From the human T2T-CHM13v2.0 reference genome, Homo sapiens: a DNA stretch of 64,000 nucleotides. The stretch is from NCBI RefSeq assembly GCF_009914755.1, contig NC_060936.1; one strand, written 5' to 3'. Made by a program: the position numbers and the translations under genes. This document shows, one piece after another, positions 1 to 14,100 of this stretch; within the stretch, counting starts at the first letter, position 1; the number at the start of each line of letters is the position of its first letter. The notes under the pieces are model-generated. The model was not told where the DNA came from. It did not search any database and worked only from the letters and a program-made list of their open reading frames with translations.

Positions 1-1766
1 TTCACTATAGGCCTCACTACACTCCTAAATTTCCCTTTTCTGATTGTACAAAAAGAGTGTTTCCAAACTGCTTAATCAAAAGAAAAGTTTAATTGTGTGA
101 GCTGACTGTACACATCATAAAGCAGTTTCTCAGATAGCTTTTTTCTAGTTTTTATCATGGGATATTCAGTTATTCACTAAAGGCCTCAGGGGGCTCTGAA
201 ATGTTTCTTCATAGATTCTACAAAAAGAGTGCTTTGAAACTACTGAATCAAATAAAAGGGTTAACTGTGTGAGGTGGATCCACAAATCACAAAGCAGTTT
301 CACAGATAGCTTCTTTCTAAATTTTCTGGTGAGATATTTGATATTTTACTATAGGTCTCAGTGAGGTATGAAATGTCCCTTGGTTGATTCCACAAAAAAA
401 TTGTTTCTAACCTGCTGAATCAAAGGTAGGTTTAACTTTCTCAGCTGAATTCACACCTCAAAAAGCAGATTCACAAATAGCATACTTTCTGTTTTTATGG
501 CTTGATATTCAGTGTTTTACTCTAGGCCTCAGTGGGCTGCGAAAAGTTCTTTAGCAGATTCTACAAAAATAATGTTTCCAACCTGCCTAATCAAAAGAAA
601 GGTTTCACTCTGTGAGCTGAATCCACACTTCACAAAGCAGTTTCTCATATAGCTTCTTTCTAGTTTTTATCAAGGGATATTCAGTTTTTCACTATAGGCC
701 TCAATGCCCTTTGAAATGTTCTGATGGACCATCTACAAAAAGAATGTTTCCAAACTGCTGAATTAAAAGGAGGATTCAACTGTGTAAGCTGAATGTTCAC
801 ATCACAAACAGTTTCACAGATAGCTTTTTTCTAGTTTTTATTTCAGGATGTTTGGTTTTTCACTGTAGGCGTCAGTGGGCTCAGAAATGTCCCTTTGCAG
901 ATTCTACAAAAAGAGTGTTTCCAAACTACTGAATCAAAAGTAGGGTTTAGCTCTGCGAAATGCATGCACAAGTCACTGAACAGGTTCACAAATAGCTTCT
1001 TTCTTTTTTTTATTTTGGGATATTCAGTTTTTCACTACAGGCCTCAGTGGGCTCTAAATTGTCCCTTTGGAGATTCTGCAAAAAGAGTGTTTTTGAACTA
1101 CTGAATCAAAAGAAAGGATTAACTCTGTGAGCTGAATGCAGACATCACAAAGCAATTTCAGAGATAGCTTTTTTCTAGTTTTTATCATAGGATATTTCTA
1201 AACTGCTCAATCAAAAGAAACGTTTCACTCTGTGAGCTGAATCCACATATCACAAAGCAGTTTCACGGATAGCTTCTTTCTAGTTTTTATCGTGGGATAT
1301 TCAGTTTTTTACTATATGCCTCAGTGCCCTCCAAAATTTCCACTCGCACATTCTACAAAAAGAGACTTTCCAATCTGCTGAATCAACAGTAAGGTTTAAC
1401 TCTGTGAGCTGAATGTACACATCACAATGCAGTTTCACAGGTAGATTCCTACTAGTTTTTATAATAGGATATTCAGTTTTTCACTGTAGGTCTCAGTGGA
1501 CTCTGAAGTGTCCCCTGGCTGATTCTACAAAAAGTCTGTTACCAAACTGCTTAATCAAAAGAAACTTTAACCCTGAAAGCAGAATCCACACATCACAAAG
1601 CAGTTTCACAGATAGATTCTTTCTCGTTTTCATTTTGGGATATTTGTTTTTTCACTGTAGGCCTCAGTAGGCACCAAAATGTTTCTTTGCAGATACTACA
1701 AGAGGAGTATCTTCAAACTGTTGAATCAAATGTTACATTGAACACTGAAATGAAGGCATATATCAC
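1..1766 (-). repeat. Alpha satellite (ALR), diverged monomeric, probably an old/ancient layer; about 10 monomers
   Basis: TTCTACAAAAAGAGTGTTTCCAAACTGCT-like motif (reverse complement of the alphoid consensus) recurs at 47, 219, 391, 562, 734, 905, 1077, 1354, 1526 and 1697, a 171-172 bp period with one ~67-bp deletion near 1195. No CENP-B box seen; the equivalent position has the A-type TTCACTATAGGCCT. Confidence 0.97.
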
Positions 1767-4700
1767 CAGGGTGTGTGTCTCACCCATGCAGGGCTCCCCA
1801 AAGTGGCAAGAAGGCCCATAGGGGAAGATAAGGCTTGAAAGGGGAGGTAGAGACACCTGTGGAAGGAAAAAAAATGGCTTGGAAGAGAAGGGGGGCCTGG
1901 GTCCTCCATGGAGGAAAGTGGCTTCCCAGCAGCCCCTGCCCTGGTCCCAGAGTATACTGGTGTCTCTGGTTCACACCCACACTATGTGTCTCACCCACGG
2001 AAGGCATCCCAAAGCTGCAAGAAGGCCCATAAGGAAAGATAAGTCTTGAAAGGGAGGTAGAGGCACCTGTGGAAGGAAAAAAAGACAGCGTGGCAGACAA
2101 GGGGGACCTGGGTCTGCCCACGGATGAAAGTGCCTTCCCAGCAGCCACTGTGTGGGGCCCCAGGGATGGTGGGATCCCTGGTTTGCACCCATGGTGCATG
2201 TCTCACCCACGGCAGGCACCCCAAAGTGGCAAGAAAGCCCAAAAGGGAAGATAATGCTTGAAATGGGAGGTAGAGGCACCTGTGGAAGGAAAAAAAATGG
2301 TGCCATAGGGAAGGGGGTCTGGGTCCTCCCACAGATGAATGTGCCTTCCCAGCAGCCACTGCACGAGGCCCAGGGGATAGTGGCATCAGTGGTTGGCACA
2401 CACTGTGTGTGTCTCGCCCCTGGAGTGCACCCCAAAGCAGGAAGAAGGCCGAGAAGGGAAGATAAGGCCTGCAAGGGGAGGTAGAGGCACTTGTGGAAGG
2501 AAAAAATACAGTGTGGTAGAGAAGGGGGCCCTGGGTCCTCCCACAGACAAAAGTACCTTCCCAGCAGACCATGCCTACAGTCCGTGGGGGTCATGGAATC
2601 CCTGACTTGCCCCCGGGGTGCATGTCTCACCCATGGGGGCCACCCCAAAGTGGCAAGAAGGCCCATAAGGGAAGATAAGGCTTGAAAGGGGAGGTAGAGG
2701 GACCTGTGGAAGGAAAAAATATGGCATGGCAGAGAAGGGTGGCCTGGGACCTCCCATGGACGAAAGTGCCTTCCCAGCAGCCCTGCGTGGGGCCCAGGGG
2801 ATCGTGGCATCCCTGGCTCACACCTGGGGCAGATGTTTCACCCATGGGGGGCCACCCAAAAGGGTCAGGAAAACCCATAAGGGAAGATAAGGCTTGAAAG
2901 GAGAGGGAAAGACACCTTTGGAAAGAAAAAAAAAAAACGGCACAGGAGAGAATGGGGTCCTGGGTCCTCCCATGGAAAAAAGTGCCTTTGCAGAGCCCCT
3001 GCATGGGGTCTGTGGGGGTCGTTGCATCCCTGGCTCACCCCCAGGGCACGTGTCTCACCCACAGGGGGCACCTCAAAGCTGCAAGGAGATGCATAAGGGA
3101 AGACAAGGCTTGAAAGGGAGGTAGATGCACCTGTGGAAGGAAATAAAATGGCGCAGCAGAGAACAGGGGACAGGGTCCTCCCATGGATGAAAGTGCCTTT
3201 CCAGCAGATGCTGTATGGGGTATTCAGGGGTCGTGGCATCCCTTGCTCGCCCCTGGGGCACGTCTCACCCATGGGGGGCACCACAAAGTGGCAAGAAGGC
3301 CCATAAGGGAAGATAAGGCTGGAAAGGGGAGGGAGAGTCACCTGTAGAAGGAAAAAAATGGCATGGCAGAGAAGCGGTCCTGGGTCTTCCCACGGACGAA
3401 AATGCCTTCCCAGGAGCCCCTGCATAGGGCCCAGGGGATCGTGGCATCTCTGGTTTGCAAACACGGTGCGTGTCTCACCCGCAGGGGGCACCCCAAAGTG
3501 GCAAGAAGGCCCATAAGGGAAGATAAGGCTTGAAACGGGAGGTAGAGACACCTGTCGAAGGAAAAAAAATTGGTGCATCAGAGAAGGGGGGTCTGAGTCC
3601 TCCCACGGACGAAACTGCCTTCCCAGCAGCCACTACTTGGGGACCGCGGGGGTCGTGGGGTGCGTGTCTCACCCACTGGGGCACCCCAAAGTGGCAATAG
3701 GCAAAGAAGGCCCATAAGGGAAGATACTGCTTGAAAGTGGAGGTCGAGGCACCTGTTGAAGGAAAAAAACAATGTGGCCGGGAAAGGGGGCCTGGGTCCT
3801 CCCACGGATGGAAGTGTCTACCCAGCTGACCCTGAGTGGGGTCCGCGGGGGTCATGGCGTCCCTGACTCGCCCAGGGGTGCGTGTCTCACCAAAAGGGGG
3901 TCCCCAAAGCAGCAAAAAGACCCATAAGAGAAGATAAGGCTTGAAAGGGGAGGTTGAGGCACCTGTGGAAGAAAAAGAAATGGCGCGACCGAGAAGGAGG
4001 TCCTGGGTCCTCCCATGGATGAAAATTCCTTCCCAACAGGCCCAGCGTGTCAGCTGTGGGGGTCGTGGCATCAATGGCTTGCCCCCGGGATGCATGTCTC
4101 ACCCTCAGGGGGCACCCCAAAGCGGCAAGAAGGCCCTTAATTTAAGATAAGACTTGAAAGGGGAGGTCGAGGCACCTGTGGAAGGAAAAGAAATGGCATG
4201 GCCGAGAAAGTGGGCCTGAGTCCTCCCACGGAAGAAAGTACCTTCCCATTAGCCCCTGCGTGGGGACCTTGAGGGTTGTTCGGTGTTTGTCTCACCTATG
4301 GGGAGCACCTCAAAGAGGCAAGAAGGCCCGTAAGGGAAGATAAGCCTTGATAGGGGAGGTCGAGGCACCTGTGGAAGGAGAAAACACAGCACGGCCGAGA
4401 AAGGGGGCTGGGTTCCTCCCACGGATGAAAATTCCTTCCCAGCAGCCCTTGCGTGGGATCCCTGGGGTTCGTGTCTCACCCACAGGGGGCATCCCAAAGT
4501 GGCAAGATGGCCCATAAGGGACGATAAGGATTGAAAGGGGAGGTTGAGGCACCTGTGGAAGGAAAAAAAATGGCGTGGTCAAGAAAGGGGTCCTGAGTCC
4601 TCCCACGGAAGAAAGTTAATTCCCAAGAGCCCTTGTGTGGGGTTTGGAGATGTCATGGCATCCCTGGCTCACCCCAGGGGGGGAGTGTCTAGCCACAGGG

Positions 4701-5032
4701 GGTACCCCAAAGCGGCAAGAAGGCCCATAAGATAAGGCTTGAAAAGGGAGGTTGAGGCACCTGTGGAAGGAAAAAAAAATGGCACAACCGAGAAAGGGGG
4801 CCTGGGTCCTCCCACGGACGGAAGTTCCTTTCCAGAAGCCCCAGCGTGGGATCCCCAGGGGTCGTGTGGTGCGTGTTTCACCCAGGGGGGGGGCACCCCA
4901 AATCGTCGAGAAAGCGATAAGTGAACATAAGGCTTGAAAGGGGAGGTTGAGGCACCTGTGGAAGGAAAAAAAATGGCACGGCCGAGAAGGGGGTCCTGGG
5001 TCCTCCCATGGATGAAAGTGCCTTCCCAGCAG
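1767..5032 (+). repeat. Gamma satellite class A (GSAT/GSATX-like), block 1
   Basis: GC-rich tandem unit with GGGAAGATAAGGCTTGAAAGGGGAGGTAGAGGCACCTGTGGAAGGAAAAA. Period is ~212 bp (1828, 2040, 2252, 2463, 2676, 2888), with ~195-bp units later. It abuts alpha satellite, as is typical for gamma satellite. The exact Repbase subfamily cannot be resolved by eye. Confidence 0.85.
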
Positions 5033-8000
5033 TCCACAGGTGCCTTGACCTCCCCTTTCAAGCCTTATCTTCCATTGCAGGCCTTCTTGCCACGTTGGGA
5101 AACCCCCGCGTGTGAGACACCACCCAACGACCCCTGCGGACCCCACACAGGGGCTGCTGGGATAGGACTTTTGTCCGTGAGAGTATCCAGGCCCCCCTTC
5201 TCCGCCGCGCTGTTTTTCTTCCTTCCACGGCTGCCTCCACCTCCCCTTTCAATCCTGACCTTCACTTCGGGGACTTTTGTCACTTTGGGGGTGCCCCCCA
5301 TGGCCTTGTCGCGCACCGCTGGCGCGGGCCAGGGATGCCACGGTCCCCCGGGACCCATGCAGGGGCTGCTTTGAAGGCTCTTTAGTCGAGGACCCAGGCC
5401 CGCCTTTTTGGCAGCGCCATTTTTTTTTCCTTCCACAGGTGCGTCCCCTTTCAAGCCTTATCTTCCCTACGGTCCTTCTTGCCACACTGGGATGCCTCCC
5501 GTGGGTGAGACACGCACCCCACGACCGCTGCGGACCCCATGCAGGGACTGCTGGGTAGGCACTTCCGTTCGTGGAAGGACCCAGGCCCCCAGTCTCGACT
5601 GCGCCGTTTTTTTTTCCTTCCACAGGTGCCTCGACCTCCCCTTTCAAGCCTTAGCTTACAGGCTTTTTGCTGCTTTGGGGTCCCCCTGTGCGTGAGACAC
5701 GCACCCCACGACCAGCGCAGACCCCACGCAGGGGGTTCTGAGAAGGCACTATCGTCCGTGGGAGGACTCAGGCCCCCCTTCACTGCCGCGCTGTTTTTCT
5801 TCCTTAGACAACTGCCTGCACCTACCCTTTCAATCCTGACTTTCACTTCAGGGCATTTTGTCACTTTGGGGTGCCCCCTGGGGGCTTTTTGTTCACCGTG
5901 GGTGTGGGTCAGGGATGCCACGATCCCCCATTCCCCTCGCAGGGGCTGCTGGGAAGGCACCTTCGTTCGTGGGAGGATCCAGGACCACTTTCTCAACCGC
6001 ATCATTTTTTCTTCCTTCCACAGGTGCCTCGATCTCCCCTTTCAAGATTTATTTTCCCTTATGGGCCTTCTTGCCGCCTTGGGGTGCCCCCCATGGTTGA
6101 GACACGCACCCCACTACCCACGTGGACCCCGCGCAGGCGCTGCTGAGTAGGCACTTCCGTCCGTGGAAGGACCCAGGCCCCCTGTCTCAGCTTCGCCATT
6201 TTTTTTCCTTTAACAGTTGCCCGGACCTACCCTTTCAATCCTTATCTTCCCCTATGAGCCTTCTTGCCGCTTTGGGGTGACCCCCGTGGGTGAGACAAGC
6301 ATCCTATTACCCTCTCGGACATCAGGCAGGGGCTGCTGGGATGGCATTTCCGTACGTGGAAGGACCGAGGCCCTCTTTCTTGGCCCCTCCCATTTTTTTT
6401 CTTTCCACAGGTGCCTCGACCTCCCCTTTCAAGCCTTATCTTCCCTTATGGGCCTTCTTGCCGCTTTGGGGTGCCCTCCGTCGGTGAGATACCCACCACA
6501 CGAACCCCACGGACCCCAGGCAGGGGTTACTGGGAAGGAACTTCGGTCCGTGGTAGGACCAAGGCCACCCCTCTCGGCCGTGCTATTTTTTTCTTCCACA
6601 AGTGTCTCAACCTCCCCTTTCAAGCTTTATCTTCCCTAATGGGCCTTCTTGCTGGTTTTCGGTCTCCCGTTTTGGTGAGACACGGACCCTGGGGGCAAAC
6701 TAAGGATGCCACGACCCCCGCGGAACCCACGCAGGGGCTGCTGGGAAGGCACTTTCCTCCGTGGGAAAACCCAGGCTCCCTTTCTCGGCCGCACCGTTTT
6801 TCTTCCTTCCACAGCTGCCTCCACCTCCCCTTTCAAACATGACCTTCACTTCGGGGCCTTTTGTCACTTTGGGGTGCCCCCCGTGGGCTTGTCACAAACC
6901 GTGGGTGTGAGCCAGGGATGACAAGATCCCTGGGACCCTGTGCAGGGGCTGCTGGAAAGGCACTTTCTTCCGTGGGAGTACCCAGGCACACTTTCTTGGC
7001 CGCGCTGATTTTTTTCCTTCCACAGCTGCCTCGACCTCCTCTTTCAAGCCTTGACTTCCCTTATGTGCCTTCTTCCCACTTTGGGGTGCCCCGCGTGGGA
7101 GAGACAAGCACCCCGGGGATGAGCCAGGGATGCCACAACCCCCGTGGACCGCACCCATGGGTTGCTGGGAAGGTATTTCCATCCAAGGGAGGACCCAGGC
7201 CCCCATTCTCGGCCGCGCCATGTTATTTCCTTCCACAGGTGCCTCAACCTCCCTTTTCAAGCCTTATCTTCCATGACGGGCTTTCTTGACACTTTGGCGT
7301 GTTCCCTGTGGGTGAGACACCAATGCCACGACACCCGCGGACCCCACGCAAGGGCTGCTGGGAAGGCACTTCCATCCGTGGAAGGACCCAGACCTCCTTT
7401 CTCCGTGGCGCCATTTTTCCCTTATGGGTTTTCTTGCCACTTTGGGGTCCCCTCCTCTTGGTGAGACATGCACCATGGTGGCAAGAAAAGGATGCCATGA
7501 CCACCGCGGACCCCAGGCAGGGGATGCTGGGGAGGCACTTTCATCCATGGGAGGGTTCAGGCCCCCCTTCTTGGCCGTGCTGTTTTTCTTCCTTCCACAG
7601 CTGCCTCCACCTCCCCTTTCAATTTTGGCCTTCACTTCGGGGTCTTTTGTCGCTTTGGAGTGCCCCCGTGGGATTGTCGCGCACCGTGGGTGCACGCCAG
7701 GAATGCCATGATCCAACGACCCCTGTGCAGAGGCTGCTGGAAAGGCACTTTCTTCATTGGGAGGACACAGGCCCTGTTTCTCAGCCGCGCCAATTTTTTT
7801 CCTTCCAAAGGTGCCTCAACCTCCCCTTTCAAGGCTTATCTTCCCTTATGGGCCTTCTTGCCCTATTGGGGTGCCCCCCCATGTATGAGACATGCACCCT
7901 GTGACCCCCGTGGAACATCACGCACAGGCCGCTGTGAAGGAACTTTCGTCCGTGGGGGTACCCAGGCCCGGTTTCTCGGCTGCACCGTTTTTTTTTCCCT

Positions 8001-11000
8001 TCCACACATGCTTGGACCTCCCCTTTCAATCCTTATCTTCCCTTACGGGCCTACTTGCCGCTTTTGGGTGCCCCCCGTGCATGAGCCACGCACCACACGA
8101 CCCCCGCATACTCTACACATGGGCTGCTGGGAAGGCACTTTCGTGCCTGGGAGGACACAGGCCCCTGGCTGTGCTGACATTTTGTTTCTTTCCACAGGTA
8201 TCTTGACCTCAACATTCAAGCGTTATTTTCCCTTATGGGCCTCCTTTCTGCTTTGTGGTGCCCCCGTGGGTGAGAACCATACCCCACGACTCCTGCAGAC
8301 CCCACGCAGGGGTCTCTGGGAACGTATTTTTTTCCGTGGGAGGACCCAGGCTTCCTTTCATGGCCTCACTGTTTTTCTTCCTTCCACAGCTGCCTCCACC
8401 TCCCCTTCAATCCTGACCTTCACTTTGGGGCATTTTGTCGCTTTGTGGTGCCCCCATGGGCTTCTCTCACACCGTGGATGCGGGCCAGGAATGGCACGTT
8501 TGTCCGGGCCCTGCACAGGGGCTGCTGGGAGGCACTTTCATCTGTGGGAGGACCCAGGCCCGCTTTCTCAGCCACGCCATTTTTTTTCCTTCCACAGGTG
8601 CCTCGACCTCCTCTATCAAGGCTTATCTTCCCTTATGGGCCTTCTTGCCGCTTTGGGGTGCCCAGCATGGGTGAGACACGCGCCCTACGACTCCCGCAGA
8701 CCCCACGCAGGGACTGCTGGGAAGGCACTTCCATCCGTGGGAGGACTCAGGTGCCCCTTCTCGGCCGTGCCATTTTTTTTCCTTCCACAGGTGCCTTGAC
8801 CACCCCTTTCAAGCCTTATCTTCCCTTGTCAGTCTTCTTACTGCTTTGGGGTGCCCCGTGTCTGTGAGTCACGCACAGTACGACCCCCGTGGGCCCCACG
8901 CAGGGGCTGCTGGGAAGGCACTTTTGTCCGTTTCTCGGCCACGCCATTCTTTTTTCCTTCTACAAGTGACTCGACCTCCTCTTTCAAGTCTTATCTTCCC
9001 TTATGGGCCTTCTTGCTGCATTAGGGTGCCCCCTGTGGGTGAGACACACACCCTGAGTGTGAGCCAGGAACACCACAACCTCCGCGACCCATATGCAGTG
9101 GCTGCTGGGAAGGCACTTCCGTTCGTGGGAGGACCCAGGCCCCACTTCTTGGTCGCGACATTTTTACCTTCCACAGGTGTCTCAACCTCCCCTTTCAAGC
9201 CTTATCTTCCCTTTTGGGCCTTGTTGACGCTTTGGGGTTCCCCCGGTGGTTGAGACACGCACACTGGGGGCAAGCCAAGACACCACGACCCCTGCAGACA
9301 CCACGTAGGGGCTGCTGGAAAGATACTTTCGTCTGTGGGAGGACCCGGGCAACCTTTTGCCACACAATTTTTCTTCCATCCACAGCTGCCTCCAGCTCCC
9401 CTTTCAATCCTGGCCTTCACTTCAGGGCCTTTTGTCTCTTTGGGGTGCCCCCCATATGCTTGTTGCACACCGTGGGTGTGCGCCTGATATGCCACGATCA
9501 CCTAGGCCCCGCGCAGGGGCTGTTGGGAAGGCACTTTCATCCATGGGAGGACTCAGTTCCCCCAACTCAGCCGTGCCGTTTTTTTTTCCTTCCACTGGTG
9601 CCTCAACCTCCCCTTTCAAGCATTATGTTCCATTATGGGCCTTCTTTCCGCTTTGGGGTGCCCTCCGTGGTTGAGACACGTACTCATTGACACTCAGGGA
9701 TCCCACACAGGGGCAGCTGGGAAGGCACTTCTCTCTGTGGGAGGACCCAGGTCCCCTTTCTCGGTCGTGCCTGTTTTTTTCCTTCCGTAGGTGCCTCAAT
9801 GTCCCCTTTCAGGCCTTATCTTCCATTATGGGCCTTCTTGCAACTTTGGTGTCCCCCCTTTTGGTGAGACACGCACCCTGGGGGCGAGCTAAGGACGCCA
9901 CACCCCCTCGAACCCCACGCAGGGGCTGCTGGGAAGGCACTGTCGTCCGTGGGAGTACCCAGGCCCCCCTTCTGGGCTGCACCGTTTTTCTTCCTTCCAC
10001 AGCTGTCTCCACCTCTTCTTTTAATCTTGACCTTCACTTCAGGACCTTTTCTAGCTTTGGGGTGCCCACCGTGGGCTTGTTGCGCATCGTGGGTGTGGGT
10101 CAGGGACCACATGATCCCCTGGGCACTGTGCTGGGGCTGCTGGGAAGGCACTTTCGTCTGTGGGAGGACACAGGCCCCCCTTCTCAACCACTTCATTTTT
10201 TTTTCCTTCCACAGTTGCCTCGACCTCCCCTTTCAAGCCTTATCTTCCCTTGTGGGCCTTCTTGCCGCATTGCGGAGAACCCCTTGGGCTTGTTGCATAC
10301 TGTGGGTGCAGGCCAGGGATGCCATGATCCCCTGGGCCCTGCGCAGGTTCTGCTGGGAAGGTACTTTTGTCTCTGGGTAGGCCCCCGCCCCCCTTCTCGG
10401 ACATGCCATTTTTCTTCCTTCCACAGCTGCCTCCACCTCCCTTTTCAATCCAGACCTTCATTCTGGGGACTTTTGTCCCTTTGGGGTGCCCGCCGTGGGC
10501 TTGTCACACACCGTGGCTGCAGGCCAGGGACACCACGATCCCCCGGGCACCACGCAGGGCCTGCTGGGAAGGCACTTTCGTCCATGGGATGATCCAGGCC
10601 CCCCTTCTTGGCCGCACATATTTTTCCTTCCACACGTGCCTAACCTCCACTTTCAACCCTTATGTTCCCTTGTGGGCCTTCTTGACGCTTTGGGGTGCTG
10701 CATGTGGGTGACACACGCATCCCACGACCCCCGCGGATCCCACGCAGGGGTTACTGGGAAGAAACTTTTGTCCATTTTAGGACCCAGGACACCTTTCTTG
10801 GCCACGCCACTTTTTCTTCCTCCCACAGGTGCCACGACCTCCACTTTCAAGCCTTATCTTCCCTTAAGGGCCTTCTTGCCACTTTGGGGTGTCACCCTTG
10901 GTTGAGACACGCACCGCATGACCCATGCAGACCCCATGCAGGGTCTGCTGGGAAGGCACTTTCTTCCCTGGGAGGACCCAGTCCCGCTTTCTTGGCCGTG

Positions 11001-11124
11001 CCATTTTTTTTCCTTCCACAGGTGCCTCAACCTTCCCTTTCAAGCCTTATCTTCCCTTATGGCTCTTGTTACCGGCTTGAGGTGCCCCCTGTGTATGAGA
11101 CATGCACCCCGTGGGTGAGACACC
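5033..11124 (-). repeat. Gamma satellite class A, block 2 (inverted)
   Basis: Same unit in reverse complement (TTCCTTCCACAGGTGCCTCGACCTCCCCTTTCAAGCCTTATCTTCCC). Switches at CCTTCCCAGCAG|TCCACAGGTGCC (5032/5033) and near 11125. Confidence 0.85.
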
Positions 11125-14100
11125 ACTAGGATCTGTGGGGGTTGTGCGGTGCGTGTCTTACACAGGGGAGTCATCCCAAAGCGGCAAGAAGGCCCATAAG
11201 GAAAGTTAAGTCTTGAAAGGGGAGGTCAAAGCACCTGTGGAAGGAAAAAAATGGCGCAGCTGAGAAAGGGGGCTGGGTCTTCCCACGGACGGAAGTGCCT
11301 TCCCGGCAGCCCCTGTGGGTGGCCCGGGGGATCGTCATATCCCTGGCCCGCAGACACAGTGTGCCACAAGCCCACGGGGGGCACCCCAAAGCGACAAAAG
11401 TCCCCGAATTGAAGGTCAGGATTGAAAGGGGAGGTGGAGGCAGCTGTGGAAGGATGAAAAACGGCACAGACAAGATGGGGAGCCTAGGTCCTCCCGGGGA
11501 CGAAACTAACTTCCCAGCAAGCCCTGCATTGGGTCCACGGGGGTCGTCTGGTGCGTGTCTCACCCACGGTAGGCACCGCAAAGCGGCAAGAAGGCCTATA
11601 ATGGAAGAAAATCTTTTAAAGGTGAGGTCGAGGCACCTGTGGAAGGAAAAAAAATGGCACAGCCGAGAAAGGGGTCCTGAGTCTTTCCGAGAATGGAAGT
11701 GCCTTCCCAGCAGCCCAAGTGTGGGGTCCGCAGGGTCGTGGGGTGCGTGTCTCACCCATGGGGGTCACTGCAAAGCAGCAAGAAGGCCCATAAGGGAAGA
11801 TAAGGCTTGAAAAGGGAAGGCGAGGCACCTGTGGAAGGAAAAAAGACGGAGTGGCAGAGAAAGCGGGCGTGGGTCCTCCCACGGATGATAGTGCCTTCCC
11901 AGCAGACTGTGCATGAGGGCTGGGGGATTGTGGCATCCCTGGCCTGCACCCACAGTGTGCAAAAAGCCCACGGGTGGCACCCCAAAGTGACAAAAAGCCC
12001 CGAAGTGAAGGTCAGGATTGAAAGGGGAGGTGGAGGCCGCTGTGGAAGGAAGAAAAACGGCGCGGCTGAGAAGGGGGGCCTGGCCTGGGTCCTCCCAGGG
12101 ATGAAACTGCCTTCCCAGCAGCCCTTGCACGGGATCCGCGGGGGTCATGCAGTGCGTTTCTCACCTATGGGGGCACCTCAAAGCGTCAAGAAGGCCCATA
12201 AGGGAAGCTAAGGCTTGAAAGGGGAGATTGAGGGAACTGTGGAAGGAAAGAAAATAGTGTGGCTGAGACAGCGGGCCTGGGTCCTCACACGGAGGAAAGG
12301 CCTTTCCCAGCAGCCCCTGCATGGGGTCCGCGGGGGTCGTGCTGTGCATGTGTCAACCACGGGGGGGCACCTCAAACTGTCAAGAGAGCCGGTAAGGGAA
12401 GACAAGTCTTGAAAGGTGAGGTCAAGGCACCTGTGGAAGGAAATAAAAAGGCGTGGCTGAGAAAGTGGGCCTGAGTCCTCACACGGAAGAAAGTGTCTTC
12501 ACAGCAGCCCGTGCCTGGGGTCCCCAGGGGTCTTGCAGTGCGTGTCTCACCCACAGGGGGCACCCCAAAGTGGCAAGATGGCCCGTAAGGGAAGATAAGA
12601 CTTGAAAGGGGAGGTCAGGGCACCTGTGCAAGGAAAAAAAAATGGCACGGCCAAGGAAGCGTGTCTGGGCCCTCCCACGGATGAAAGTGCCTTCTTAGCA
12701 ACTTAAGCCTGGGGTCCCCAGGGGTCATGCAGTGCGTGTCTCACCCTCAGGTGGCATGCCAAATTGTCAAAAAGGCCTGTAGGGAAGATAAGGCTTGAAA
12801 GGGGAGGTCGAGGCACCTGTGCATGGAAAAAAAATGGTGCAGAAGAGAAAGAGGGCCTTGTACCTTCCACGGAAGAAAATGCCTTCCCAGCAGCCCCTGC
12901 CTGGCGTCCTCGGGGGCCTTGGGGTGCGTGTCTCAACCATGGGGGGCACCCCAAAGCAGCAAGAAGGCCTAAAAGGGAAGATAAGGCTTCAAAGGGGAGG
13001 TCAAGGCACCTGTGGAAGGAAAATAAAGGGCGATGCTGAGAAAGGCAGCCTGGGTCCTCCCACGGTCGAAAATGCCTTCCAAGCAGCCCCGGCACATAGC
13101 CTGGGGGATTGGGGCATCCCTGGCCTGCACCCACCGTGCATGACAAACCCACGGTGGCACTCCAATGTCATAAAATACCCCAAAGTGAAAGTTAGAATTG
13201 TAAGCGGCAGTGGAGGCAGCTGTGGAACGTGGAAAAATGGCGTGACCTTGAAGGGGGGCCTGGTTCCTCCCACAGAGGAAACTGCCTACCCAGCAGCCCT
13301 GGTGTGGGGTCCACGGGGGTCGTCGGGTCCGTGTCTCACCCACTGGGGGCACCTCAAAGCGGCAAAAAGGCCCATAAGGGAAGATAAGGCTTGAAAGTGG
13401 AGGTTGAGGCACCTGTGGAAGGAAAAAAAGAGCGGCAGAGAAAGGGGGCCTGGGTGCTTCTGGGGATCTAAGTGCCTTCCCAGAAGCCCCAACGTGGAGT
13501 CCGGGGGTGTCGTGGGGTGCGTGTCTCACCCACAGGGAGCACCCCAAAGTGGCAAGAATGCCCATAAGGGAAGATAAGGCTTGAAAGGGGAGGTCGAAGC
13601 ATGTGTGGAAGGAAAAAAAACACGGGGCGGCTGAGAAAGTGGGTTTGGGTCCTCCCACAGATGAAAGGGTCTTCCTTGCAGCCCCTGCACTGGGCCCTGG
13701 GGATAGTGGCATCACTGGCCCACACCAATGGTGTACGACAATCCCATGAGGGGCACCCCAAAGTGACAAAAGTCACTGAAGTGAAAGTCAGGATTGAAAG
13801 GGGAGGTTATGGCTGCTGTCGAAGGAAGGAAAACTGCACGGCCAAGAAGTGGGCCTTGGTCCTTCCACGGATGGAAGTGTCTTCCCAGCAGCCTCTGTGT
13901 GGCATCCACGGGGGTCATAGGGTGCACGTCTGACCCACAGGAGGCACCCCTCAAAGGGGCAAGAATGCACAAACGGGAAGATAAGCCTTGAAAGGGGAGG
14001 TCCAGGCACCTGTGGAAGGAAAACAGTTGGCCGGCCCAAAAAGGCGGACCTTGGTCCTTACACGGATGCAGGTACCTTCCCAGCAGCCCCTACATGGGGC

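Noticed and set aside
1-1766. Active centromere or CENP-B boxes
   Set aside because: No CTTCGTTGGAAACGGGA-type box on either strand; monomers are diverged and show no higher-order repeat.
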